This document shows, one piece after another, positions 25,503 through 40,765 of a stretch of 64,000 nt of DNA. This DNA is from Trichodelitschia bisporula (taxonomy: Eukaryota): NCBI GenBank assembly GCA_010356995.1, contig ML996689.1:293873-357872 (forward strand), given 5' to 3'. Position 1 is the first letter of the stretch, and the number at the start of each line of letters is the position of its first letter. The notes beneath the pieces were generated by a model. That model was not told the DNA's origin, did no database searches, and saw only the letters and a list, made by a program, of their open reading frames with translations. Made by a program: the position numbers and the translations under genes.

Positions 25503-25551
25503 GTACTTGTCAGTGTACTTGTTAGCGTACTTGTTAGCGTACTTGTTAGCG
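25503..25551 (+). repeat. 12 bp tandem repeat (GTACTTGTTAGC) x4
   Basis: gtacttgtcagt gtacttgttagc gtacttgttagc gtacttgttagc. Confidence 0.8.
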
Positions 25552-26151
25552 AAGCAGAGGCGGTGTAAAACATATGGGTTAGGCCTGCATCACCATAATT
25601 CGATCGTATTCGCGTGAGCAATGCTCAATGCTGTGCCCCATTGTCTCTCAAACATATCCCGAAATATCCACTGTCATGACATGCAGCATTCTAGGCACCC
25701 AAATTATTGATGTTACGAGGTACTCCACACCGCACGTCCACGAGACAGCCTCATGCAGCCAAGACGCACATGCAGCCCCTCAAACGTGCTCATTGCCGAG
25801 TTGGGCCTTCCAAAACCTCGCATCGCCTACTGATAGGCCGAGGCGTCAAAGCATTGATCGAAGGCGGGGAAAATGGGAGCTCCGAGCTCCAAACTCTAAC
25901 CCGCCGGACAGTTGCTCTTCTAGGCAGCACAATTCTTTGGCCCCGGAATCCGATATCCTAGGATAAATACCCCACTTTCAAACCGCTAGTTCTAATCTCA
26001 AAACCTAACTTCAACTTCAACCTCGCATCCCTCCCGCGATCAGTCACCACATCCCCCTTCAATTGCTCCTCCAACCCCCTCAATTGCCCTCCAACGGAAC
26101 CAATTCCGCACATCGCATCCTAAACGCCACCCCTCCCCACCACAACCCCAA

Positions 26152-26580
26152 ATGCCTTCTCCCATCATCGGCCCCGTTGTCGGCCTCACCCTCTGGACCT
26201 TCCTCGTCGAAGGCTGGATGTACGCCACGCGCCTCCCCGCGCTGGCAGGCAAGCCCATGCCACCCACCACCACCATCGAAGACATCAACAAAATCGTCCC
26301 GCCGTCCACGCGCTGGAAGGCCGACAACTACAACCATCTGCACGAGCAGCCGACGGTATTCTACGCGCTCGCGCTCTCGCTCGCGCACGTCGGCGCATCG
26401 CAGACGGATGTGCGCCTGGCATGGACCTACGTCGGCATCCGCGTGCTGCACACCTTGGTGCAGTGCTTGGGGAACAAGATCATTCTGCGCTTTCAGGTTT
26501 TCATTTCCAGCAGCGCTGTGCTGCTTGCGATTGCGGCTAAGCTGGGTCTGGCGCTCTACAAGCAGAAGCTTCTCTTCTAA
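26152..26580 (+). CDS. MAPEG-family membrane protein
   Basis: 142 aa with about 4 hydrophobic helices; WMYATR, ADNYNHLHEQPTVFY, LAWTYVGIRVLHTLV, RF..F. Confidence 0.85.
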   Translation: MPSPIIGPVVGLTLWTFLVEGWMYATRLPALAGKPMPPTTTIEDINKIVPPSTRWKADNYNHLHEQPTVFYALALSLAHVGASQTDVRLAWTYVGIRVLHTLVQCLGNKIILRFQVFISSSAVLLAIAAKLGLALYKQKLLF

Positions 26581-26879
26581 GTGGGATGTTGGTGTGCGCA
26601 GATATTAGGCCCGCGAGACATGTGAAAAGCGATGCCCTTTGTTGTTCGCCATTCGAAGAAAGTTTTAGTAATTGTACATGCCATAGGCGCCTCGACGCTT
26701 TTCCCTAAAATAGCTTGGAGTCCCCGTTCCAGTGATGCCACGCCCCAAACCTGCCCCGCTGTACTGGACATATCATAACTAATTAGCCGTCGAACGGGCT
26801 GCCGCAGCAACTGCTGTTAGACTTTCGACTGTGATTGTCGTTAGATAAACAGTCCAATGTCATATGCAGAGTGCTTAGA

Positions 26880-29332
26880 TCAACCGGACAGTCCACGCTT
26901 CTCGCTCTCCGAAAAGAAGATGATCATGCGCCACAACTTCCGAACAAGATCCTCTGCCATCTCGTCGAGAGCCTGTAGTCAGGTTAGCAAGTGCACGCAA
27001 TTAAGAGTCGGGACACCTACCCCCTCGAGCTCGCCAACAAGGGCCTCCGGCCGCTTCTTGTTCCGCAAGTGCTCCTCCACGACATCCACCAGCATCTGCT
27101 CCTGCACACCCAGATACTCCACAATCTTCTTCTCCACAAACGGCTTCAGCTGCTCGTTGATGACCGTCGCGTCCACAAACTCCCACTTGACATTCCAATC
27201 CCACAGCGCCTGCGTCTCCGTCGGAATCTCCTGCGCCAACCGCCTCTGCGCCTCCAGCCGCTCCTCGTCCGTCAAAGCCGCCGCCTCGGCAGCGGAGTCG
27301 AACTGGATCGGCACAAGCTGCCGTTTGACGTTCGTGTCAACATCTTCTTCGTCCTCGAGCAAGCCCTCGACTTCGGCAACAGTGCGCCGCTTCGGCGCAG
27401 CCGCCGCCTGAGCCTTCTGCGCCGCAGCGCCGAGAGACATCTTGAAGTGCTGCGGCTCGCGAGCGGGCTGGACGCCACGCGCACCCAGTTCCTCAGCCTG
27501 GCGCTGCAAGAACGAGTCCGCGGCGTCGCGCGCGATGTCTTGCTTCTCACGCTCGCGGGCCAGTTCGCGCTCCTCTTGGGCACGGTCGCGGCCGTCGCGC
27601 TCGGCCTCTTGGGCGCGGAAGGCGGCGCGGTTGCGGATCCACTGGCTGCGGTCGGCATAGTACTCCTCGCTTTTGCGACTAGCCTCCAAGTCATCATTCC
27701 AGTTCTTGAGCCGCAGGGCCATAGTTTCCTTCTCGCGCGCGTGATTGCTGATTTCATCTCTCTCGCGAGCCTTCTCGCGCTCAATGGCGGCTGTACGTGA
27801 GCGCTCGCGGCTAAGCCAGCGGCGCTCCATGTCGTGAAACACCTTCTCCAGCTCAGCGTCCTTCTTTGCGCGACGCCGATGTTCAAGCTCCTCGTCTGAT
27901 GCATCCGATTCCTCCTCTTCCCTTGAGATGTAAGTGTGAACCGTGGGGCCACCGTTGACAAAAGTAACGCCGTTTTGGTGATCCTTGTGCATTCCCTTTG
28001 GCCCACTAGGCGCGCCTTGCACACCACGTTCCCGCGGACCAAGAGGAATGCCGTTGGCACCTCCCATAGGACCAGCGGGCGTAGACGCAGGAGGAGTGGT
28101 CTGACGATTGCCGCGGTTGTTTCGCTCCTTCGCTTCCATTTCCTCTTCCCGCCTCAGGCGCTCCAAGTCTCTCCGGGTACTCCGATCTCGAAAGGCCGCG
28201 ATCTCTGCTGCAACGGTTTCCCGCATTTCGGCAGGAATGTCAGCAAGCTCGTCTTCGGTGCTTAGGGGAATCGTGATGACTTCTCCGGTGATAGGATCCG
28301 CCGCCCGGTCCTCCTGCATCCTGATGTCCCCGCCATGGTCGTGATCATTCGCAGATGGGTTGAAAAGGCTTGCGAGAACACCTTCAAGCTGTTCTTTCGC
28401 TGTGTCGATCCGGAACTGCGTGTCGGACGCTTGGTCTCCGCGCTTCTCATGCCATTCCGCCGCGTACTGCTTAGAGGCTTCATCGACAATGACCTGGCAT
28501 GTCAGCAGAGCAGCGAGAAACAATGTCACGACTTACCAAAAGAGTTGCTTTTTCCACCTCTTCATCTTCGGTTTTGGTCCCAGGTTCTCTCCTCTTCAGA
28601 GGAACTTGCACGTCCTTCAACACCTCAGCGGCCGTCTCCAAACTCTCCGCATCTTCGTACTCGGCGAAGCCAAACTTGCACCACTTGCCATCGGCGTCAC
28701 TGGCGCGGGTCCACTTCCTAAGATTGCCCGCCGAACGCAGAATCCGCTCCATACCAACATCGCCACCAACACCTTCAGTAATGTTTCCAACAAAGATGGT
28801 CCGGAAAATCTCCTCGCGCGTCGGCGGGGTAAGGACCTGCATACTCTCACGAGGCTGTTGTATCCCGCCACGACTATCCCCAAGACCGCGCCGGGCTCCC
28901 ATAGGATCTGCGGCGCGCGACGCATCCTTTCCGGGGCCGGCGGTGCCGAGGCGGATGACGGGCGCGTTGAAGTTGATGTTCGGCATGTTGGTAGGTGGCT
29001 GGAAGTTCGGGGGAAGACCGCCGGGGCGGCCGGGGAGCGAGTGCTGAGCTTGGTTCATGCCTGGAGGGAAGGATGCGCCGGGCGGGGCCATGCCGGGAGG
29101 AGCTGCCAGTGTCAGTTATCACTTTTGCGCATGTTTGTAAGAGTGCTGAAGCCTACCGGACATGCCTGGGGGTGCCATCATGCCAGGCGGTGGCATGCCT
29201 GGAGCTCCCATCCCAGGGGCCTGACCGCCGGGAGGAGCATAACCTGAAAAGCCGGGAGGCTGGCCGTATGCTGCGATTGTCAGTGGACGAGGCAGAAGAC
29301 GGGGAGGCTTAGTTACCCGGATAGTTGTACAT
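26880..29332 (-). CDS. snu71: U1 snRNP-associated RRM + PWI protein (Snu71/RBM25-like), 4 introns
   Basis: Pro/Gly/Met-rich N-terminus, RTIFVGNI..KFGFAEYED (RRM), Arg/Glu-rich coil, PWI-like LKPFVEKKIVEYLGVQE..LVRKLWRMIIF. Confidence 0.88.
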
Positions 29333-29643
29333 AATGGAGCAAGATTTCGCGACAGGTTGCGGGGGCGAATATGAGAAGAGGAAGCCAAGGATGACAATGT
29401 ACGTGGTGGGAAGTGGAGGAAAGGCGGGCGCATGTATCACAGAGAGGCTTCGCGGGCGCGTCGAGTGAAGCTCCACGAAACTTTAGGGTTTGACCTGGAA
29501 AATCATTGTTCCGGGCATGGAAACTCGAGTTGTGCAGACTCTCCACCACAAGTTGCGCTTCCGCCGTCTGGACATGTCCGCCTCTCCTCCTTTACACTCA
29601 ATCAAATCCTCTGAACACGCTCTAAAAGCTCCAGGCAACACCA

Positions 29644-30462
29644 ATGGAGCTCATTAGAGCTGGGGAGGCGCTCCTGCGCTCCGCCTCCAGCCTCTCCGCA
29701 GCCGCCGCACCTTTCCAAAACAGATCCACTTTCTCCGCTTCACGACGCTTATACCGGCCAACACTTTGCCGTGTCGCTAGACAATTCTCCGCGAGCGCAT
29801 CCACCCTCCAGGAGTCTCAGTCAGGCAGCGATTCCTCTCCTCGCACCCTGGACGTCGCCGGGAATATCACGTCCAAACCCGCCGCACCCGAAAAACCCCA
29901 GTCGAGCGCGCTCAGCGATTACGACCGGATGGTCTTCGACCGGGCCCTAGAGTTCGGAAACGACCCGCTCTCCGCGCGTCACACGCACCACTTCAAGAAT
30001 CCCGGCGCCGCGGTCGACAACGTGCGCGCTCGCGAGCGCTCCTCGGCCGACGAAGTGCAGCGTCATTTCAGCGCGTGGGGGCAGGGCCGGACTGGCATCA
30101 ATCGTACACATGACAAGACGGGTGGCAAAGCGGACGTTGGCAGTCTCAAGTTCCCTAAGGTGGAATTGATGGCTAAGAAGAAGGCCGCTCCAGACGAGGT
30201 CCCGGCCCGGTTGTCGGTTCGGACCGGGCGCATGCTGGAGGTGGATCCGACGAAGCCGACGGATCTGGGCGCGAAGCTTAAGACCCTGTCGAGGGTCGTG
30301 ACGGCGAACAGGGTCAAGGCTACGTTGAATGCGCAAAAAACATACGAGCGGTTGGGCCTGAAGAAGAAGCGGTTGCGGATGATGAGGTGGAGACGGCGCT
30401 TCAAGGCGCAGTTCGTGAAGACTGTGGACAGGGTCATGGAATTGAAGGAGAAGGGATGGTAG
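29644..30462 (+). CDS. mrp21: Mitochondrial ribosomal protein bS21m
   Basis: Arg/Ser-rich presequence; C-terminal GRMLEV..NRVK..QKTYERLGLKKKRLRMMRWRRRFK fits the S21 family. Confidence 0.8.
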   Translation: MELIRAGEALLRSASSLSAAAAPFQNRSTFSASRRLYRPTLCRVARQFSASASTLQESQSGSDSSPRTLDVAGNITSKPAAPEKPQSSALSDYDRMVFDRALEFGNDPLSARHTHHFKNPGAAVDNVRARERSSADEVQRHFSAWGQGRTGINRTHDKTGGKADVGSLKFPKVELMAKKKAAPDEVPARLSVRTGRMLEVDPTKPTDLGAKLKTLSRVVTANRVKATLNAQKTYERLGLKKKRLRMMRWRRRFKAQFVKTVDRVMELKEKGW

Positions 30463-30912
30463 ATCCTTTGAGAATACAGCGAGTCTCGTGTTAGAGGGGC
30501 AGCGTTGCCTATGTACATAGGATTTAGGTCTGCATGATAAGGTGACACTGCAGCTCGAGATCTGGAGAACCGTATGGATTAAATCCACCAAATTAACCCA
30601 ACTCAATAATCCGTAAGAGTCTCTTGATCCCAGTTAGTATTCCCAAAGTGAGCCTCACGGCATCCAGTAGTAGAAAGGCGAAATCCAGACCACACGGTAA
30701 CCCCGCCGGAATTCTCTGTATCTAACCCCTGAGGCTAGCCATTCCGCCTTACAGAAAACGCCAACTTGCATCTCCGCGTCGCGCTCCGCAACCGCGCAAC
30801 CTCAACCCACACTGCCCACCACTCCACCATCACCGCAGTTCTGGTGACGATTATGACTTTGACGGCCATATAACTTCCTATTGCTCCTCTATCTTTCCCT
30901 CTCTCCAAAACC

Positions 30913-31890
30913 ATGTCTCCTCGCTCAGCGCTGCGCATCGCGCTCGCCGCATCGTGCGCTTTCTTCGCCGCGCTCACTTCCGCCGTATCAGACGACGTGC
31001 CCGCCTCCTACAAATACGGCGATCTGATACCAGTAACCTGTCTAAACCGAACAATGTGCACTCCCCCTCCTATATAAACCCCTCAAACTAACTCCCCCAG
31101 CGACACCGGCGAACACGTAACCCCCCCCCTCCCAGCACACCACCACGTCTAACAACCCCAGATCACCGACCCCACGGGCAACCTGCAATACATCCCCTTC
31201 CCCTCCTGCCTCGAAACACAGGCCCCCCTCTCCCTCCCCTACCTTCACTCTACCCCGCAACGCTGCACCATAACCCTAACCGACCCCCTCTTCCACCTCC
31301 TCGAATTCTACATCCACAACGACGCGCCCCTAACATGCCGCATCGCGTCCAGTCCCCCCGCTGGGTCTAGCACAACCTACACGCCCCTAACATTGGCCCT
31401 AGCCGGCACCCTCCAACTTTCCCACCTACACGTCGCGCAATCCCTGAATCTCGCCGTGCACATCGCGCCACGGTCGTCCTCCGCCCCAGCACCCGGCGCC
31501 ATCACCGCGGCGGCGGGGTATAGCATCGCGCCGACGGCGAACAATACGCGTGTCGTCATTGGTGACGAGTTACCACTCACGTTCCACGTGCGCTGGTACA
31601 CGAGCCCGACACTGCCGGTGGGCGGAGCGGGGACGCGCTCGACGGGCGGGTGGGCGACGCTCGCGTACTGCGTGTTCAGCGCGGCGGCGAGTGCGGCTGT
31701 ATGCGTGGTTTACTTCCGGGGCGTGGAGTTGCCGCGGCGGTTGAGGTGGCATGGACGGGAGAGGATGGGGGGTGGGGGCGGACTGCCGAAGTATAATGGA
31801 TATGGATATGGGGTTGCCGGGGCTGCGAATGGGGCGAGTGGGAATGGTTATGGAGGGTATGGATTTGGGGTCACAGGGAAGAGGGATTAG
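30913..31890 (+). CDS. Fungal type I membrane protein of unknown function; two short introns flanking a micro-exon (about 31101-31116)
   Basis: Signal peptide; YGDLIPVTCLNRT|IDTGEH|ITD..LQYIPFPSC; LEFYIHNDAPLTCR; TM helix; GYG-rich tail ending GKRD. Confidence 0.75.
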
Positions 31891-32077
31891 AGTTTAGAAG
31901 ATTTGGATAGCTGTGTTGGGTGCATCTGGAGCGATCTGTGGCATTAAGTACTCAAGCATTCTTGATGTTATCAGAGGTATGCTAATCGACATCGTGCGTT
32001 AGACCAGTCATACGCAACCATAATCCGTTTTGTCTAGCCCTTTCCACTCCACATCAACCGCAGCTGTCTTAACCAAT

Positions 32078-33914
<1,837 letters not shown>

Positions 33915-34760
33915 GATTGCTCCGGTGCTGACAATGTGTAGGTGAAGTCCAGAGTAGTAGTGGGAGTATGCGTGAAATGCAGGTTTTGAAGATGCAGAGG
34001 TGATCGTGGTGCTGGGAGTCGAGGAACAGGAAGTAGAGGAGTATCAGGAGAGTGGGGGTATGGTGTCATTAAGTTTGCTGCCCCACGTTCCCCTCACTCT
34101 GGTGGGGCAGGGAAGCTGCAACCCGGCCATCTTGCCCCGCCCAGCCTGGGCATCATTACGTGAACCGGTTTGGCTCTCAGTAAGCCATTACTGACTGCTT
34201 CACTATGACGACACCAGTGAAAGGGGAGGGAAGATCGCTGGACAAACATGTGATGATTTCCTCTGAGGATGAGAATGTCTACAAAAGGCCAACACCTGCG
34301 ACAATGTCTTCATGGTCTGGTCGGCTTGTAATTGCCGAGCTTTACCTATCGCCCGGGAATCTGCGGCAGTTCAAAAGTCCAAATCGCGCAGCTGCGCTAG
34401 GTGATGCCAAGTATAAACCAGCAGCACTACAGTACGAAAAGCTATATGCGCCTAGTGTCACCATCCGGCGCAAGCCGTGCCAGCAGGTTTAGCTGCTTCT
34501 CGGGACCCATAGGGGTGGGATACTACACAGCATAGCTTACCACCGTCAACAAGCAGCTAGGCTCAAGTCACATCAAGAGGCCTCCGCCTGCCTTAAAGCA
34601 GACATACGGACATTGGAAAAGATAGGAGGAAGGCAAAATGCCCAATTCAGTATCAAACATCGCCTATAACAACGCCCGGCCTTTGTGTAGATAGAATGAC
34701 GTCCTTAAGAATCAAAATCCGTCCATGCTGAATCCGATCCGGATTCCTATCTCGCAAAAA

Positions 34761-36921
34761 TCAACCAGACACGCCCTCAAACGATGGATCCTTGACGCTG
34801 CCACCCGCATCTCCCAGCCCAGCAACAGGGCGGTTATACGACCAGCCGGCGAACTGCTGCTGCATGGTCTGCGACAGCATGGGCCCCTCAACGTACGAGT
34901 CCGCCGGAGCCTCCGACGTGAACTCGCGGTCAAAGTTCGCCGTGTCACGCTGGTCGACCTAAAGAAGTTAGCTTGAGGTCGAAGCACAGCCAGTGGTGCA
35001 CTTACCACACTCGGCTTGAAGCTCGGCTCGTACTTCCGCTCGAGCAGCTTGCGCCAGTCGATGCTGTGGAAGAAGTAGTGCGACTTAATCTCCACAGCGC
35101 CATTCGCCCCGAGGCGCCGCTCCGCGTTGCGGTCCAAGAGCCGGGTGAGCAAATCACGAGCAGCAGGCGGGACAAACTCAGGGGAGGGAAACGTCAGCGG
35201 CTCCGTGAGAATCTTGCGGTACATCTCGTTGGTGTTCTCGTCGTAGAACGGCGGAAGCCCCGTAAGCATCTCGTAGAGCAGAACGCCGAGGGTCCACCAG
35301 TCGACTGTCTTGGTGTAGCCGCCGCCGGTGAGAAGCTCGGGTGCCAGGTACTCAGGTGTGCCACAGAAAGCTAGCAAGGTTAGCGGAGTCGGCAATGAAC
35401 TAAATAAGCTTACTGTTGGTCCTATCCTCGTCCTTCATGTCCAGCTTGCAGAGCCCAAAGTCACAGAGGGCTATGTGGCCGGTGTAGTCGAGCAAAATGT
35501 TCTCAGGCTTCAGATCACGGTAAATGACGTTAAAACCGTGGAGGCACTCAAGAGCGCAGAGGAGTTCGGCAGTGTAGAAGCGTGCACGGTTGACGTCGAA
35601 GCGCTGTTCCTTCTGAAGGTGGTGGAACAGCTCACCGCCGTTGACAAAGGCGAGGACAAGGTAGAGCTTCTCAGGCGATTGGAATGAGAACTTGAGAGGA
35701 ACGATGAATGGGTTGTTAATCTGCGCCAGAACGGAGCGTTCAGCGAGGGTGTGTGCCACTTCAGAGCGGGAGATGATGTGGGCCTTGCGGATCGTCTTCA
35801 GGGCGTAGATCCGGTGGGTATCCTTCTTTCTGTAGAATGTTAGAAACAGCACCGTGCAGTCTGACAGCACACATACTGAACCTGCATGACCTTCCCAAAG
35901 CTGCCCTTGCCAACAACCTTGAGAAGCTCAAAGTCTTCGATCTTGAGGGACGACTGTCGGTTCTCGACAAACTGAACGCCAACCTTCACAGATCCAGACC
36001 CATAGGTCACATCCAACCACTCAGCACCCGCCTGTCCCAGGGTCTTGTTCTGCTCATTCCAGGCGGCCGAGGCTTTGTCCTGCTCCTTTTTGCTGAGCTT
36101 GGGGTCCTTGGTGTGAAGCTCAACTTCCTCAAAGCGTGGGTTAACCTTGAAGGTCCCGAGGAAGATATCCCCACTGCGTCCGCTATTGGGCGGGTTCTTG
36201 GGGTTGCGAATAAACAGAGAGATGGTGATATCACTCGTGCGAGACACATCAAACTTGTACTGGGTGTTGTCACCGGCCCACACAGGCGCCTCTGGAGTAC
36301 CGGAGACAGCATTGATGAACACCTGCTGCTTGTCAAAGTCGATGAGCGCGTACGGGAGATGCTTGGAAGAATATCGCCCATGGATGGTAGGAGCGGCGTT
36401 GATAGACCCCGCAGCAGACGAGGGCCGACCGGAACGATATGACCCGGGAACACCTTGGGCAGATGACGACCCGGGTCTCATGGAGCCCATGACTGAGAAG
36501 GCACCACCCGTAGACAGCGACCCTGAGGTGTGAGTTGTTTTGAACGCCTCTTCCGCCCCTGCAGGGAGCGCAAGGCCACGACCTTCATGGAGGGTGACAA
36601 TGAGGATGCCGGGCTTGAGCGGGGGGGGCGGAGGAACGGCATTGGCCTCGGAATAGCCTATACTGTTGTCAACGGGGAGCCCACTGCAGAACAGGATATT
36701 AACGTACCGATGTTACCGGGATCTTTAGAGTCTGCGGACGTCGCTGGCGTAGGGGCAGTATTGGCGGGCCGAGGGGAATCTGGGACAATGGTAGACGTAG
36801 ACGACGAGCGACTGAAGGTGTTGGCGAGGGGGGCGAGGTGGGTCTCTTTCAGTTCTATGCTGCTTAGTACTTCGCTCTGCTAGGAAAAGAGGAACTTACT
36901 CTTCGTGATCTTCCACGACAT
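34761..36921 (-). CDS. ypk1: AGC Ser/Thr kinase Ypk1/Gad8, 5 introns
   Basis: MSWKITKK start, C2-like region, VVGKGSFGKV, YRDLKPEN, DFGLCK, TFCGTPEYLAPE, hydrophobic motif QFAGWSY. Confidence 0.95.
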
Positions 36922-37935
36922 CTTTACAGACTGGTATCCGGACGCTGCCTCAGCGGGCTTTTCGGAGAGGAGAGGGGTGGGGTTGAAGTTGACGGAGAAG
37001 GGAGGCTGCGGATGCCAGAGTGAGGAGCGGTCAATGAGCGGGGGGGCCGGGGCTCGTTACGCAAGTCGAGGTAAATGCCAGGAACTGAAAGCGGAGCGTG
37101 ACGTGCCAAGGAGGTACTAGATCTAAAGGCACGGTGCGCAGGAGCAGATCGAAGCGGTGCACATGAAAATTGTTAGAGACCGGCGAGTCCAGGAGATGTA
37201 GAGCCGTCAACCACTGGAGGTTGAGTGAGAGTTCGTACTGTAGGAGGGATATGGAGGGGGTGGGTGGCTTGGGTTTAGGGTGGACTGTGCACGGGTGGGC
37301 AGCTGCAGCCAATGACTGAGCGGCATCCCCCTGGCTGATTGATAGGTGAGGGCTTGGCTTTAGAAGCTTGGCGTTCTCAGGGGACCTGACTGCCACCTTC
37401 TTTTGCACCGCCACACATCAACGAACACCCGCCACACTTCCATCACTACCGCCACACTCCTGTTAACTGTACACAATTGTGCCTCCCAAAAGGTGCTACT
37501 CGCGCCATAAGGAGCTTTTGCTGTGACGACATAGGCTGAAAGCTCCAGGAAACTTCATTCAGTAAATAAAATGCGCTACTGTTTCACAGCCCAACAGAGA
37601 TTAGTGCTCGCTGAACGCCGCCACAGTTGCTCGTACTGTTACGGTAAGTGAAGGTGGTCCGTGCTTCTGTCGCGACTTCACTTCCCAACGTCCTCTCATC
37701 TGGAGCGTTGCCGAAAAGGTAACTGCATCCATCAACGCGCCTTCCCATTTTGCGGCTTCCCGCTTGGGGCACAATACTATCGTCCCATCACACCTGCTAT
37801 CCAAAGTTGCGAGCTTTGTTAGGGACGCTTACGTTTACGTCTCATGTCCTAGGTGCGCATCGCCGCCCAACCCCCCGCGATCAGGACAACAGCCACCGGT
37901 CTGCGCAAGCGCGGTGCATCACCTTTGCCGCGATC

Positions 37936-39589
37936 ATGGGGATTATTCGGAAGAAGAATTCGCGTGGGCAAGAGGGCGGAGTGAAATACGTGTGCGATGT
38001 CTGCTCCTCTGACATCACGTCAACCGTGAGTGCTGCCCCACCCTCTTACCCCACGTTTTGAGTGAAGCAGATGCCAAGCCTGATGTCGCTCAAATGTCAA
38101 TATCAGAACAACCCCCGCTAACCTCCCATCCCGTCCACAGGTTCGCATCTCATGTGAAGCGTGTAACACCATTCTTTGTGTTTCTTGCTTCGCCCAAGGC
38201 AAATCGACGCGGGATCATGACCCAGCCACCCATCCGTACCATGTCATCGAGCAGCATTCCATCCCAATCTTCATGGATGATTGGGGTGCCGACGAGGAAC
38301 TTTTGCTGCTCGAGGGCGCGGAGATGTACGGGCTTGGCTCTTGGGTGGACATAGCTGACCACATCGGCGGCTGCCGCAACAAGGATGAGGTCCGCGACCA
38401 TTATATCAAAACCTACATTGACAGTCCAAACTTCCCACTTCCTGTACACGCAAGCAAAGATGACCGCTCGTTAATCGACGAAATTCCTCGCGAAACTTTC
38501 CAAGCAAACAAAAAGCGTCGCATTGAAGAACGCAAAGAGATGGCTAAGAACGCCTCACCCGCTGCTCCGAAGCAGAAGCCCACGGCCAGCCACCCCGCTT
38601 GTCACGAAGTCCAGGGATACATGCCCGGACGTCTGGAATTCGAAACCGAATACTTCAACGAGGCCGAGGAGGCGGTTCAACACATGCAATTCGAGCCCGG
38701 TGACGGAGTTCTGCCCATGACTCCGGAACAGGAACAGGAGTTCAATCTCAAGATGACCATTATGGCGATTTACAACGAACGCCTCACTGCGCGTGTCGAG
38801 CGCAAGAAGATCATATTCGAGCACAACCTGTTGGAGTACAAGAAGGCGCAAGCTGCGGACAAGAAGCGCAACAAGGAGGAGCGGGAGCTGATCAACCGTG
38901 CCAAACCTTTTGCCCGCATGATGAAGAATGAAGACTTTCAGACCTTTACCAAGGGTCTTGAGCTCGAACACTCTCTTCGTACGGCGATTGCGCAGATGCA
39001 GGAGTGGCGCGCCATGGGAATCACGGACCTCAAGTCGGCCGAAAAGTACGAGACGGAGAAGGCTCAACGCATTTCTCGAGGGCTTCCTACTCTCGGTGCC
39101 TTTGATCGACTCACTTCCAGCCGTCTCAACAAGCCTACACCGCCAGTTGAAGCCTCATCCACCGTATCTGCACTCGTCAGCTCGGATTTGACACTCCCAC
39201 CTTACAACGGCGACCCGTCGGCGCCCTCTCTCAACGAAAGCGAGTGGCCGTTGTCCAATGGTCACAGCAACGGTCGGAGCAACGGGCACGCCGTCAACTT
39301 CAACAAGAAGTACCAGATCCAGCCTCTTCCGAATCAGCCTCCGATCACGTTTGATGAGAATGTCCCTGATCTGCATCTCCTCACGCCGGAGGAGCGTGAG
39401 CTTTGTCGCGTGATCCGCGTCCAGCCCAAGCCGTATTTGATCATCAAGGACACCATTCTTCGGGAAGCAGTGGCTCAGGGTGGCGCTCTGAAGAAGAAGC
39501 AGGTTCGTGACCTCTGCAAGATTGATGTTTTGAAAGGGAGCCGGATCTTCGACTTCTTCGTTCAGAGTGGATGGATTCAGAAGGCTTAA
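37936..39589 (+). CDS. ada2: SAGA subunit Ada2 (ZZ zinc finger, SANT, SWIRM); intron 38026-38140
   Basis: [48 protein letters not shown]-terminal [18 protein letters not shown]. Confidence 0.96.
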
Positions 39590-40765
39590 GCACGACTTTT
39601 ACGGCATCTCTGAACGGCGGGCTGTACGACACTACTGTTCAGTCTACTTGCGGCCCGATAATACCCCTGATAGAAGCCTCGGTGGCTCCTTCCACAAATG
39701 ATTTTCACGGCGCATGTGGAGCGAATCGACGGTTTTTGTACGGCGTCTCGGTCATACTCCCAAAAGGAGGGTTCAAGGCGTGATGGGCACGGGGTTCGAT
39801 CTTTGCACATGCCTTCGATCTGCGGGGAGGTATCGGGAACATTCTGCTGACGACATATTCTGACCCTGCTGAAAGGATAGGACGTGTTTGCAGTCTGTTT
39901 CAACATCTCTAGTGCAGGTTTGGGGTCATACATAGGAACACAATGCTCAAAACTACACATTAATCACCGTGGCATGCGTGAGTGACATATGGGTTGGAGC
40001 AAACTGAGGTACAGAGTCAGCGGCCAGACTAGCCACCTTTCGCTCCATACGGTACATGAGGGCGGTATGCCGGGCGAAAGAGATGCGAGGAGTCAGGTAA
40101 GGCTGGACGTGCCAGCTCAGAGGCTCGCCTTGCGGAGCGCCACATGTCGTTCAAGCGTTGGGCTGCATATGGGAGACGTTGGATTGTGGCGATGCTTTTT
40201 TCCATACAGCCTCACGATTCTCAGATAGCAAAAGAGAGTTTAGGTAGGTCCGGAGACGGTCTGATACTGCTCTCCGAGGGAGCCGCGGCCAGAGGCACGA
40301 AAGGTGGCGAGGCAAGCAGAGATGTAAGTTGTGCTGTTGTGGTCGTGTGATGGTTCATCAGCTTGGTGTTGGATCTGGCTGGGGTAGGATGGGGAGCGCG
40401 AACCCCAATTGGACAAGCGTGGCTCCAAACAAGCCCAACTCTTCACACCCCCGCCCACTGAAGAGTCGTCAGCAACACTCACCCACTCCCCAGCTCCATA
40501 TTATCCCCAAACACCACGTCCAAGGCCTCCTATTAACACCTCATCATTCATCCACCTTGTCGCCTGACAACAAGCCTAGGCGACGATAGTTCGTTGTACA
40601 ATTTCACTGTTTAAGTCTTGCCCATTTTCTCTGCCATATTTCCGAATCTTGTCTGCACTCTTGTCCTCTCGACTCTTCACCGCTTCTACAATCCCAACTC
40701 TTTCTGCCTAGGTTCCCTCTCAAGCGCGTCGTTTGCTGTGTCGTAAACCAGCACTCACCTACGCC

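Noticed and set aside
25503..25551. Short direct repeats as a CRISPR-like array
   Set aside because: Spacerless 12-bp minisatellite in a eukaryotic 3' region
39785..39812. GGTTCGATC tRNA T-loop-like motif
   Set aside because: The T-stem does not pair and no cloverleaf or A box is evident
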